Both the position numbers and the translations under genes were made by a program. From positions 83,640,001 through 83,704,000 of the forward strand of contig CM059432.1 in assembly GCA_030390025.1 (NCBI GenBank): a stretch of 64,000 nucleotides of DNA, read 5' to 3'. Positions within the stretch are counted from its first letter, which is position 1. Each line of letters begins with the position of its first letter. Origin of the DNA: Squalus acanthias (Eukaryota). This document shows, one piece after another, positions 1 through 11,767 of this stretch. Below the pieces are notes generated by a model, which had not been told where the DNA came from, did not search any database, and worked only from the letters and a program-made list of their open reading frames with translations.

Positions 1-225
1 AATGAAAGATGGTCTGCTGCCATTGGCTCTCCATGGCCCAAGTGATCCCAGGGGACGCATCGCACTAACTACGCCCCTGGGATACACAAGCACTGTGCGC
101 CGGCAGCTGCAGGAGGCCCAGGAGCTGAAGTCCCCGTGGGCCCAGAGGTCAACAGCAGGCGCGGTAGGTAGGTGCGCGCGGGATCCTTGCACCCACGGGA
201 AGCCAGGGAGCCTAATTTCTGGGCC
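1..225 (+). mobile_element. Right-hand part of a non-autonomous Harbinger-type MITE (family A), cut by the window edge
   Basis: 1-225 aligns by eye with 853-1077. It ends in AATTTCTGGGCC (terminal inverted repeat), followed by AAT. Confidence 0.8.
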
Positions 226-312
226 AATAAAACGTCCCAAGGCACTTCATGGGAGCTGAAAGGGAAAATAGTTTCATAAAATACCCCAAATCATAATGAA
301 GGATAAGATAAT

Positions 313-1077
313 GGCCCAAAAATTCGGCCGTTCCCGGGTGAGTACTCAGTGCGTACTCACCCGTATTGCTTTCCGAAGTGCCGGTTTCCTGCATGCACTG
401 CGCATGCGCGGGAAACCGGAACTTCCGGTATGGTGAAGGGGGCGGTTCCTAGGTGAACCGCGTGCGCGCTAGAGGCTGCGCGCATGCAGCACACTTAGAT
501 TTTTTTTCAGGTTTCTACGCGAGGGTAAGTTTTGAAGATTCTACGCTAGTAAAAAGGAGGCGTAAGACCCCTTTTGAACAAGGTAAGTGGTTAATTAAGT
601 ATAATTTAAAACATTTTTCAAGAGGTTTATCTTTTTTAGATACTTTAAAGAAAGGTAAGTTTATTTTTATAACTTTTAAAAAGTATTTTAATTTTTTCAA
701 AAATTAAAATTTTTGTTTCAAGTGGTTAATTTATTTAACTATAGTTATTTTATAAATGTGATGGTTTTTAAAAAAACATTATTTTAAGTTTAGCTGTTCT
801 TTTGGGGCCGATTTCAATTCACAGATTTGACAGGTCTCCTGTCAAATCTATGAATGAAAGATGGTCTGCTGCCATTGGCTCTCCATGGCCCACGTGATCC
901 CAGGGGTTGCATCGCACTAACTACGCCCCTGGAACACGCAAGCACTGCGCGCCGGCCCTTGGGAGAGGTCCAGGACCCGAAGTTCCTGTGGGCCCAAAAC
1001 ACAACGGCAGGCGCAGTGGGTAAGAGCGCGTGCGATCCTTACCCCCGCGGCAAGCCGGCCACGCGAATTTCTAGGCC
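313..1077 (+). mobile_element. Non-autonomous Harbinger-type MITE, family A (~765 bp)
   Basis: TIRs GGCCCAAAAATTCG / CGAATTTCTAGGCC, with 3-bp flanks AAT/ACT. GC-rich ends surround an AT-rich centre. Homologous to 27179-27941 in the opposite orientation. Confidence 0.8.
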
Positions 1078-2835
1078 ACTATCACTTAACAAACTGATAC
1101 CTGTGGAACTGAGTGCAGTGTTTCTATGCTGTGGCTAAAGCCAAGATTTCTTTATGCGATCTGTGAGACTACCAGAGATCCACATGCATTGCTTCTGCGT
1201 GAATTGAGCTAATTTGCACAGAGTGGTGAAGGAGTAGCTCTCCTTCACAAAGCCACCCTGATCATTCCCAATGTTGGTGAATTAAATGAATTATTATGAA
1301 TTTTAAAATGAAGTAGAAACCCAACCAGTAGAAGGTAATTTTTAAATGAATATAAACATGTTAAAATGACAAGATAACTTCAGTGACCTATAAATAAAAC
1401 ATAAACAGGAAGGCACCAGAGGGTGGAAATTCCTGCTTCAGAACTTTCCAAACAAACTTGATATTAAATGGATTAATGCCAACATAAAATAGTGCAAACA
1501 GGAATGTAGCCTGAGTGCATTTAATATTTGCATGTGAAGCTTGTTGATGGGAATGTCTAACTGCTCATATTTAAAACTTCATAGATAAACCAGAAAATGG
1601 TTTGTGACACTAGATATGTGGGGAATACCTGCAATATGCAATGTAAATAATGTAATATTGGTGAACAGGCAATATTTTCATATGCTGGTGACATGTGACA
1701 GTTGCATATGAGATGTACACTATTTGCATAGTTACTATATCAATCAAAAAGCATCACAAATAGACATTGGTTGCTCCACCGCAAGAACAGACTTTCCCGT
1801 CATGTATTACCTGCTTCTCTGCTTTGATGAGCATAGAAGATATCCAACTTAAAGTACCTGTACCAGATACATTCATTATTATATTTGCAATGCGCTATAT
1901 GTTGAAATATGGCTCTCAACAGCAGAAAATTCTAATTAAGTCTGAGCTTTCTCTGAACACATTACATAACTGACTAAAACAAATGAAGTACCTCTGTTAA
2001 TTAGTATAAGATGCTAATATTGTGGTATGGGACTTTTGATACTGAAGGCTTTGGCAGTTTGTGCAACAGTTCATTTCATTTCATGGGCACATTTCCTAGT
2101 TCTGATACTATTACTATCAATCAGAAAATTCAGTAGCATTTCTGGTAATTGTTTGACAGACTCCAAGTGCAACATATACCCTTGTCATGTCAAATAAATG
2201 GATCTGACACTGGAATTAGGAAATGAGAACTTCCTGTCCGAAGGCAAAAACACTGCACATGTGAAATCATGTCATAACCAATACACTCATAATCAAAGGG
2301 CTTTTGTTTCTTGATTTCAATGCACATAAAGAACTTGCTACTACATAATTTTTCACCTGTCCTGTGGCAGTAAATTCCCTAATAGATGAATGTTAGCATA
2401 TTCCTGGACAAGTACATGCATTTACATATTTTTAAAACATTTTACTTAAATTTTGATTAGTGTTAAAACTCCTTTTTGTATCATATCATGAATGGATAAT
2501 GAAGCTGATAATGAATTATCTCCAGTCATGATGTCACTGGATTGAAATATCATGGTGCTGTACATCAGCATCCCACACCAGAGACTTGAACACAAAAATC
2601 TAGGCTGCACTCCAGTGCAGTACTGAGGGAGTGCTGCACTGTCGGAGTTGCCATCTTTTGGATGAAACATTAAACTGAGGCCCTGTCTGCTCTCTCAGGT
2701 AGACGTAAAAGATCCCATTACACTTTTTCTGAAAGATCAGGTGAGTTATCCCCGGTGTCCAGACCAGTATTTATCCCTCAATCAACATCACTAAAAACAG
2801 ATTATCTGATGATTATCAAATTGTTGTTTGTGGGA

Positions 2836-5742
2836 ACGTAAGAACATAAGAAATAGAAACAGGAATAGGCCACTTAGCTCCTTGAGCCTGCTCCGCCATT
2901 CAATAAGATCATGGCTGTTCTTGGGCTCAAAGCCACTTCCCTGCCCACTCCCCATGACCCTCCACTCCCTTATCTTATAAAAATCTGTCGATCTCCGCCT
3001 TAAATGTATTTAATGATCCAGCCTCCACGGCTCTCTGGGGCAGAGAATTCCACAGATTTACGACCCTCTGAGAGAAGAAATTCCTCCTCACCTCAGTTCT
3101 AAAAGGGCGACCCTTTACTCTGAAACTATGCCCCCAAGTTCTAGATTTCCCCACGAGGGGAAACATCCTCTCTGCATCTACCTTGTCGAGCCCCCTCAGT
3201 ATCTTATATGTTTCAATAAGATCACCTCTCATTCTTCTAAATTCCAATGAATATAGGCCCAACCTGCTCAACCTTTCTTCATAAGTCAACCCCCTCATCT
3301 CAGGAATCACCGTATGAATCGTCTCTGAACTGCCTCCAATGCAAGTATATCCTTCCTTAAATAAGGAGACCAAAACTGTACACAGTACTCAAGGTATGGT
3401 ATCACCAATACCCTGTACAGTTGTAGCAGGACTTCCCTGCTTTTATACTCCAACCCCCTTGCAATAAAGGCCAACATTTCATTTGCCTTTTTGATTACTT
3501 GCTGCACCTGCATGCTAACTTTTTGTGTTTCATGCACAAGGACCCCCAGGTTCCTCTGAACTGTAGCATTTTGTAATCTCTCTCCATTTAAATAATAATT
3601 TGCTTTTTTATTTTTCCTGCCAAAGTAGATAACCTCGCACTTTCCCACATTATACTCCATCTGCCAAATGTTTGCCCACTCACTAAGCCTGTCTATATCC
3701 CTTTTCAGATTCTTTGGGCTGGATTTTGATACTGGGGACGTGATGGAGTTGGGAATCCCACTTTTTGAGTTGTAGACCCGCCTCCATCGACTTGCGGCCA
3801 ACCCATTGTATTTTCCCTTGATTGACCTTGTTGAGCCCGCCCAGTGAGCTCAGCAGGCCAATTAAAGGCCACCCGGCAACAGGTGACGTCACAGATTGAC
3901 ATTGTATCTGTCAAGAGCTTTTGACAGATGAAATATCAGCGTTTGACAGCTCTGTGAAGCTGTCAAACACTGACAATTTGTCTTCTAACTTGAGTCCTTC
4001 CTCTCAGGCTGAGTTAGAAATCATTCCAGCACAGAAAACAGAGGCTGAAACTTTTGACAGCACTACGGCCTTTCTGCTTTCTGTGCCGGTGAGATTTCTG
4101 ACTCCCGAGAACTGAAGGGCTGACACCTGCAGGAGGAAGTTAAGGTAAGTAAAACTTTTTCCCACACTTTGCACTTACCTTAAACACTTACCTCTGCAAA
4201 CATGCACCCATCACTCACCTGCCCACCGGACATATCGACCCCTCCAACCCCTGCAGACCCACGGTCCGCCTCGCTAAATTGGCGTGGTTGGGACCTGTCG
4301 GGAAGCCTACATTTCAGCCATTAAAATAGGGATTAGACAAAAAACTGCCCGTTAACTACCTGTTAACAGGCAGTTAATTGTCACTAATCCCCTTCCCGCC
4401 TCGGGGAGGCGGGTTCCAGCACAGGTCGGGTACCCGCCGCCAGCGAAACTGGCATGGAGGCCAGTTGGGGGCGGGATGGGGTCGGGACCCCCGAATCTGC
4501 AACTTTAACCCCCCACACGCCTCCAAACCCGACTCCACGGGTTAATGAAAATCTAGCCCTTTGAGTCCTCTGCACAACTTGCTTTCCCACCGATCTTTGT
4601 ATCATTCGCAAACTTGGCTACATTACACTCAGTCCCTTCATCCAAGTCATTAATATAGATTGTAAATAGTTGAGGCCCCAGCACCGATCCCTGTGGCACC
4701 CCACTAGTTACCGTTTGCCAACCGGAAAATGACCCATTTATCCCGACTCTCTGCTTTCTGTTAGTTAGCCAATTCTCTATCCATGCTAATATATTACCCC
4801 CAGCTCCGTGAGCTCTTATCTTATGCAGTAACCTCTTATGTGGCACCTTATCGAATGCCTTCTGGAAATCCAAATACACCACATCCACTGGCTCACCCTT
4901 ATCCACCCTACTTGTTACATCCTCAAAGAACTCCAGCAAATTTGTTAAACATGATTTCCCTTTCATAAAACCATGCTGACCCTGCTTGACTGCATTATGA
5001 TTTTCCAAATGTCCTGCTACTGCTTCCTTAATGAAGGACTCCAGCATTTTTCCGACGACAGATGTTAGGCTAACTGGTCTATAGTTTCCTGCTTTCTGTC
5101 TCCCTTCTTTTTTAAATAGGGGTGTTACATTTGCGGTTTTCCAATCCGCTGGGACCTCTCCAGAGTCCAGGGAATTTTGGTATATTGCAACCAATGCATC
5201 CACTATCTCTGCAGCCACTTCTTTTAAGACCCTGGGATACAGGCCATCTGGTCCAGGGGACTTGTCATCTTTTAGTCCTATTATTTTACCAAGTACTATT
5301 TCCTTAGTGATAGTGATTGTCTTTAGTTCCCCCCTCCCTGTGGCCCCTTGATTGTCCATTATTGGGATGTTGTTAGTGTCTTCTACCATGAAGACAGATA
5401 CAAAATATTTGTTCAGAGTCCCTGCCATTTCCCCGTTCCCCATTATTAATTCCCCATTCTCATCCTCTAAGGGACCAATGTTTACTTTAGCTACTCTCTT
5501 CCTTTTTATATACCTGTAGAAGCTCTTACTTTCTGTTTTAATATTTCTTGCCAGTTTACTCTCATAATTCATCTTCTCTCTCTTTATTAATTTTTTAGTC
5601 ATCCTTTGCTGGTTTTTAAAAATTTCCCAATCCTCTGGCCTCCCACCAATCTTGGCAACATTGTATGCCTTCATTTTCAATTTGATACCATCCTTTACTT
5701 CCTTAGTTAGCCACGGATAGTGCTCCCTTCTCTTAAAATCTT
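2836..5742 (-). mobile_element. 5'-truncated CR1 LINE (ORF2 reverse transcriptase), interrupted by a MITE at 3716-4559
   Basis: ORFs 4553-5758, 3307-3801 and 2975-3373 carry KSPGPDG, NYRPVSLTS, YLDFQKAFDKV and GVPQGSVLGP. A (TTCTTATG)n-type tail lies at 2836-2852. Confidence 0.95.
3716..4559 (+). mobile_element. Non-autonomous Harbinger-type MITE, family B (844 bp)
   Basis: TIRs GGGCTGGATTTT / AAAATCTAGCCC and an exact TTT target duplication. Removing it restores the CR1 reading frame (EDSK^NLKRDID). Confidence 0.9.
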
Positions 5743-6019
5743 TCTTTGTTGTGTGCAAATTGGCTGCTGCGTTTCCTACATTACAACAGTGACTACACTT
5801 CAGAAGTACTTCATCGGCTGTAAAGCACTTTGGGACTTCCTGAAGTCGTGAAAGGTGCTGTATAAATGGAAGTCTTTTTTTTAGCAGTGCACCCCTTTAT
5901 AACATTTAGGGTTATATGATACTTCACTTGTACATGTGTCCTCTTTGATGCCTTTAGTAGCCTAATATTTGTATAATATGAATGGAGTTTACAGGGCTGG
6001 AAAAGTTGGAAAACATATT

Positions 6020-6362
6020 GGGCCGTATATTTCGATCCCTACGGGTGTGTACAAGCTTAGAAATCTTACGCCTGGTAAAAGGATTGAAAAAAGTAAAAAA
6101 AAAAAAAAAATTCACTCATTTATCGTTTAAATATACTTTTAAAAAAGGTATGTTTATTTTTAGCCCCGTAAAAAACTTTAATTTTTTTTTCAAAAAATTA
6201 AACTGCATGCGCCTCTGGGATACGTGGGCCCTGCGCATTTCAAGTTGGAAAGGCCCAGGAACGGAAGTATACGCACCTCGGGAGCCCTCAGGTAAGTCCG
6301 TAGATTTTTTCCAGATTGGAGGCCTCCGCACGCAGGAATCCTCCGATCGTAAAATACGGGCC
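6020..6362 (+). mobile_element. Short Harbinger-type MITE (family A-related)
   Basis: TIRs GGGCCGTATATT / AAAATACGGGCC and an exact ATT duplication. Homologous to 56747-57222 (opposite strand, different internal deletion). Confidence 0.85.
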
Positions 6363-6881
6363 ATTAATAATCTGTTACTTTACCTAGCACACCACAGGAT
6401 ACAGGCTTGGTTTCATCGATTTAATATAGGTTTTCAAGTTCTTATCTCTATACACTTTTATTAAAAAGGAACCCTTGTGCCACAGAACCTTGAGAGTTTT
6501 ATTAGTTTTACTAGAGTACACTTTCCCACTTTTTGCTAACTGAACATTAAAACTTACAACAATTCAAATACAGGTCCAGAGATACCAATGATAACTCTCT
6601 CCATAGCAATCCTCCTGCCCATCTAGTGGGTAATGTCTTCCTTTTTATTATTGACTAGCAGCTTAGTCCATAGTTTCCCTTGTGATAAACTATTTTGTCT
6701 ATATCTCAATTAGAACCATATGGCTGCATTCTTTCCATCTATGGTTCCTACTCTTGAGTTGATTGTATAAACCCATTTTGTATTTGCTGTTACTGAAATG
6801 GCTTTTAACTGGTGGGCATGAAAAGGAGAAAAGTGAAAAGTCGCACAACACCAGGTTATAGTCCAACAGTTTTATTTGAAA

Positions 6882-6919
6882 TCACAAGCTTTCGGAGCTG
6901 CTGCTCCTTCATCAGGTGA
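6882..6919 (-). ncRNA. Minimal type I hammerhead ribozyme in Penelope pseudo-LTR
   Basis: Reverse complement of the motif at 7991-8028. Confidence 0.7.
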
Positions 6920-7990
6920 AGTGAAGAATAAAAATCGGCACAGCATACATAGACAGAGAACAATGTCTGTGCAGAGTACAATGTCAGACGACTACAGTTA
7001 ATCTTTCTGACTGCCTTTTATCACACCTCGGCAGAGAGACAATCAGGTCAGTCAGGAAGACATTATATCAAAGACATAGCAAGATACAACTAAGACAATG
7101 AGGTTGGGTCACAGGGGGTCTAATGTGTCAGATGCTGCAGTCTGTATGGAAAACCATAAACTTTAAACTTTTTACTTTTTTTACTGGAAATCACATCTGT
7201 GAACAAGCCAACGACAACTCGAGTCTGGATGACTCTACATCAGGTGGGGTTACATGTAGCGTGACATGAACCCAAGATCCCGGTTGAGGCCGTCCTCATG
7301 GGTGCGGAACTTGGCTATCAGTTTCTGCTCGATGATTTTGCGTTGTCGTGTGTCTCGAAGGCCGCCTTGGAGAACGTTTACCCGAAGATCCGAGGCTGAA
7401 TGTCCTTGACTGCTGAAGTGTTCCCCGACTGGGAGGTAACAATCCTGCCTGGCGATTGTTGCGCGGTGTCCGTTCATACGTTGTCGCAGTGTCTGCATGG
7501 TCTCGCCGATGTACCATGCTCCGGAGAAACTACGCCATGTTCTTCTCAGCCTTCAACATGTCATCGATGACGACGAACACCTCACTAAGGCCATCCCCAC
7601 GCCTCCACTACTCGCCTTCAAACAGCCGCCTAACCTCAAACAGACCATCGTTCGCAGCAAATTATCCAGCTTTCAGGAGAACAGTGACCACGACACCACA
7701 CAACCCTGCCACGGCAACCTCTGCAAGACATGCCAGATCATCAACACAGATACCATCATCACACGTGAGGACACCACCCACCAGGTACATGGTACATACT
7801 CATGTGACTCGGCCAACGTTGTCTACCTCATACGTTGCAGGAAAGAATGTCTTCCTGACTGACCTGATTGTCTCTCTGCCGAGGTGTGATAAAAGGCAGT
7901 CAGAAAGATTAACTGTAGTCGTCTGACATTGTTCTCTGCACAGGCATTGTTCTCTGTCTATATATGCTTTGCCGATTTGTATTCTTCACT

Positions 7991-8028
7991 TCACCTGATG
8001 AAGGAGCAGCAGCTCCGAAAGCTTGTGA
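7991..8028 (+). ncRNA. Minimal type I hammerhead ribozyme in Penelope pseudo-LTR
   Basis: Reads UCAC-CUGAUGA-a-GGAGC(agca)GCUCC-GAAA-GC-UU-GUGA: both catalytic boxes, stem I (UCAC/GUGA), stem II and a palindromic reduced stem III. Confidence 0.75.
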
Positions 8029-8467
8029 TTTCAAATAAAACTGTTGGACTATAACCTGGTGTTGTGCGACTTCTCACTTTTGTCCACCCCAGTCCAACAC
8101 CAGCATCTCCGCATCATGAAAAGGAGAGACAGAGAAAGAGAAAGAAAAAAGGTAAAAAGCAGTTAGAATGTTTAAATAGTCCATTACAGTCCTTTTGTGC
8201 ATTATTACTCATATATTGAAATTATGACAAGTGTCTGTCTCACTTCAGATATCACACTTTGTCACACATGCAAATTTATGTGTTACACTTTTTTTTTTAA
8301 AAGGAAGAAAGCCAGTCATTTCTTGTTTTTTTCTGACCTTGAGAAGGAACCAGGATTCATTAGCAGTAGCCCATCTACAAAGAGCCTTTTCCAGATACAG
8401 GAAGTAGTCTCTAATTGATCCCAGGATGTGCCTATTTACAGGGATTAGATCTTGTGGCTTTAAAGAA

Positions 8468-8580
8468 AGAAAAGAAAGAACTTGCATTTATATAGCGCCT
8501 TTCACGACCTCAGGGCATCCCAAAGCGTTTTACAGCCATCTAAATACTTTTTGAGTTGTAGCCACTGTTGTAATGTGGAA
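8468..8580 (-). mobile_element. Deu-SINE 3' tail fragment
   Basis: CTTGCATTTATATAGCGCCTTTCACGACCTCAGG is the reverse complement of the SINE tail. Confidence 0.65.
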
Positions 8581-10279
8581 AAGGTATGCACTAGATTGAA
8601 CACAGCTGCAAACTTTACTGCAAAGTAATACATTGTATAATGCTCCTGTCCTTATAAGACTCTTTTTCCTTCAATTTACAGTAGTCATTTTCAGCCTCTG
8701 ACTAGAGCAGAGTGTGTGTGTGTGGGGGTGGGGAGGGGGGGGGGGGTAGAATCTAAAGAAAGAAAAGAATGCAGAGCAAATTAATAATTGAATAATTTCC
8801 CCCCTCCAGGGTTACCTTAGTTATTCAGTTTCTTACGCCTTGCATTGAACTTGTTTATAGGATTGTGATTTAACACATTAGTGCTAGATTTTAATTTAAA
8901 AAATATTCAAAATGTTTTTGATATGCTTTGTAAAAGTAAAACCTTATTTGTGTTTCTCAGGACACAACAGCAGTTACTGTTAAAACATCAAGGTTTCTCC
9001 TAGTTGAGAGCAGACTTTATCATTGTTTTTGAGTGGTAATGTTTTAGGTATTCATTGTGCGTTATAATGTTACTAGTTTAATTTTATTGCTTATATTTAA
9101 CTGTACTACACAGAAGTATTTTGTTTTCATTACTATTGTCTCAAGAGAACATGAGGCCATTTGACACTCGTTTCTGACTCTTTAGCATCAACTCTAAAAT
9201 TCTTTTCAATTAAATGTTCATTCGAACAGATGTTGTTGGCATTAGTGAGGGTCCATTCTGTCTACAGCAACAAAAATTAAGATATTTCAGGAATTAACCT
9301 ATAAATCATTATGCGTGTAATGGTCTGTAGTATTTCAAATCAGAAAGTGGTAGCAGATGCGAATTCAGTCCATCTGTTTTATTGTCTCTGAGATGTATCA
9401 GTTTCATCACAGTGTCTGGGCAATCTAATTGCATATTAGCTATGAAATATGGCAAAAATTGCAATTTAGCCATCGGTCATTAAATGTACCCCACCCAAAA
9501 TCTAAGGCTTCTAGAATAATAACACTGATATAGATAACCCCCCACCTAAAACCTTTGTCAAAATTCTATATTGTGAAGGAGATAAGAAACATCTTTAAAA
9601 AGTAAATTCCCTGAATGAGTGGAAAGCTTTCAAAGCACCGTATGCAGAAAACACACCATGCGTGAATAATTTATATAGAAACTCTATCATGAAGTTGTAT
9701 CAGTTTCCACCATAAAACTTGGCTCTGGAGGTGGGGGGGCGGGTGGGGTTGGTGGAAGTACATCTACATCTGTGACAGGCAAGGACCGACAGTTGCAAAG
9801 CCATTCAGGCACCAGAGCAGGACAAAAGTATAATAAATTTACAAAGTGTCAAATTTGTGCAAGCTGAATAATGACACTGTGTATATCCAGGACTGTTTGT
9901 CATAAGTGAGTGCATGAAAAACCGATCAGAAAGCACTTGGCATTATTAACATTTCTGCTGCTTTGCCCACCATTTTCCTGTTTTAACTATACTTTATATG
10001 ATATGTAGACTGTCTAATGGCTTTGTACACAGCGTACTATTAAATCTAGTTTATGTTTGTAAAGATTAAGTAGGACTGTCACAAACCACATTATTTGAAT
10101 ATTCAACCAAATGGCACTTGGTTCAAATTTTGATGGTGAAGCCATTTCATTTTAATGTTTTTTGCTGGTAATTTGGAGGGAATGTAGAAAATATACCTCA
10201 GGTATCTGAAATGCAGAAAAGAACATTTTTAAAGATTAATAAAATTTAGCAGTCAGCCTGTAATAAAATAATTTTAGAA

Positions 10280-10615
10280 AAGAAAGAACATGCATTTATA
10301 TAGCATCTTGTCACATTCTCAAGACATCCGAAAGTGCTTTACAACCAATGGATGACTTTTTGAAATGCAGTCATTGTTGTTATGTAGGGACCGCAGCAGC
10401 TAACGTGAATGCAGCATGACCTGCAAATAGCAAATGAAGGAATGATCAGATAACCTGCCTCTTGGTGGTTCTGATTGAAGAAAGAATGTTGACCAGGAAT
10501 TAGGAGAACTGCCGACTCTTCCTCAAATAGTGCCATGGGATCTTTTACATCAACCTAATAAGCCAGATGAGGTCTCGGTTAAACATCTCAGCCAAAAGAT
10601 TGCTCCTGAACAATG
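10280..10615 (-). mobile_element. Degenerate Deu-domain SINE
   Basis: Tail TGCATTTATATAGCATCTT plus core TGCCATGGGATCTTTTACAT...CTCGGTTAAACATCTCA on the minus strand. Confidence 0.65.
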
Positions 10616-11767
10616 CAAGTCACCTCTAATGGTAAGAGCAGCTGGCTCACTGGTTTTCCTGCCCTCCAACCTCAATGGACTCCCTGTGAATCAGCAAAAA
10701 TAGGAAAATGAGCGGTCCTATAAGTCGTGGTCGATGTGGTCTCCAGGACTAGTTTCAATCACCTAAAGGGATCGGAGGGAAATTTTCCAGATTTTTTTTC
10801 TCGAATTGGCCTTGGGTTTTTGATTTAGTTTTGATCTTTAGGTCAGCTGGATACACTATTTGTATGGTCCCACCGGCCCTGCAATAGGACCAAACAATTG
10901 GTTCCATCGTTTCAAACAGAAGTCCCGGTGCTTATCAAATATTACAAAAAATACATTCTGAGAAAGGTATTTTAACCCTTGTGAACTGATTCTACTGTTG
11001 CTGTTTTCATATATTGTGCTTAGTATTTTGCTGTGTTTAACTGATTCCATACATTATTCAAACTGTTGGAGCCTGCATATGTTGCTCTGATAGTGTTGTT
11101 GAGGCTGCCGCGAAACACGAATTAAGGCTGAATCCATGTGTGGAAAACAAGAGACTTTTTTAATACAACTGCATGGTACAAAATGGCTGAACAGACTGCT
11201 CCCAGAATTCTCTGGAAAAATCCTGAGGCCCCGCCCACTCCTGCCTGAAAGGTAAGGGGGTAAAAATTCAGTTGGTTGCGCCTCCCGTTAGCGCCTTAAG
11301 AGGGCGCTAATGGGGCGCAAAGCCGCTAACGCCCGGGCGCAGCGATGTTTGCGCCGCTCGGGAACTTAACTAGAGATTGTGCGGCGGCGCTAAACCTTAC
11401 CGCTGCGACCACCTGCGCGCGCAGATTGTGACGTCATTCCATGGTGCAACGCCCTTGTGGCGCCCCGGAGCGGAAATTGAGTGGCGTCCCCTGCCTTACC
11501 GCCTGGCGCATCCAACGACCGGAAGACTGGAACGCTATCAATCGCTGTGGGGCTGGGAGGGGCGCTATTTAAAGGGGGCCTCTTCCTGTCTTTTTCTGTG
11601 GTTGACATTTTTGCACCACTCGTTCTGAGAGAGAGTGAGAGATTCGGAGAGAGAGAAAGAGAGACTTCTGCATTGACTCAACGCTTTGTGAGGTAGTTTT
11701 GCCTACTGATCCTAACTTCGCTAGTACTTTAGTTGCTGTCCTTCATTACTTTGCTTGCAAAGAGACT

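Larger units (their letters stand above)
2570..5882 (+). mobile_element. Deu-domain SINE (SacSINE1/AmnSINE1-like) split into 2570-2835 and 5743-5882 by a CR1 insertion
   Basis: Core GTGCTGCACTGTCGGAGTTGCCATCTTTTGGATGAAACATTAAACTGAGG...GTAAAAGATCCCAT resembles the Deu domain. The 3' tail AAAGGTGCTGTATAAATGGAAGTC resumes after the LINE. Confidence 0.7.
6830..8114. mobile_element. Rearranged Penelope-like element (Neptune-type) with inverted pseudo-LTRs
   Basis: ~235-bp inverted repeats at 6832-7064 / 7846-8080. GIY-YIG C-terminus on - (WYIGETMQTLRQRMNGHR...GLNRD). Cys-rich linker and VVYLIRC on +. 13-bp duplication CATGAAAAGGAGA at 6817-6829 and 8115-8127. Confidence 0.9.
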
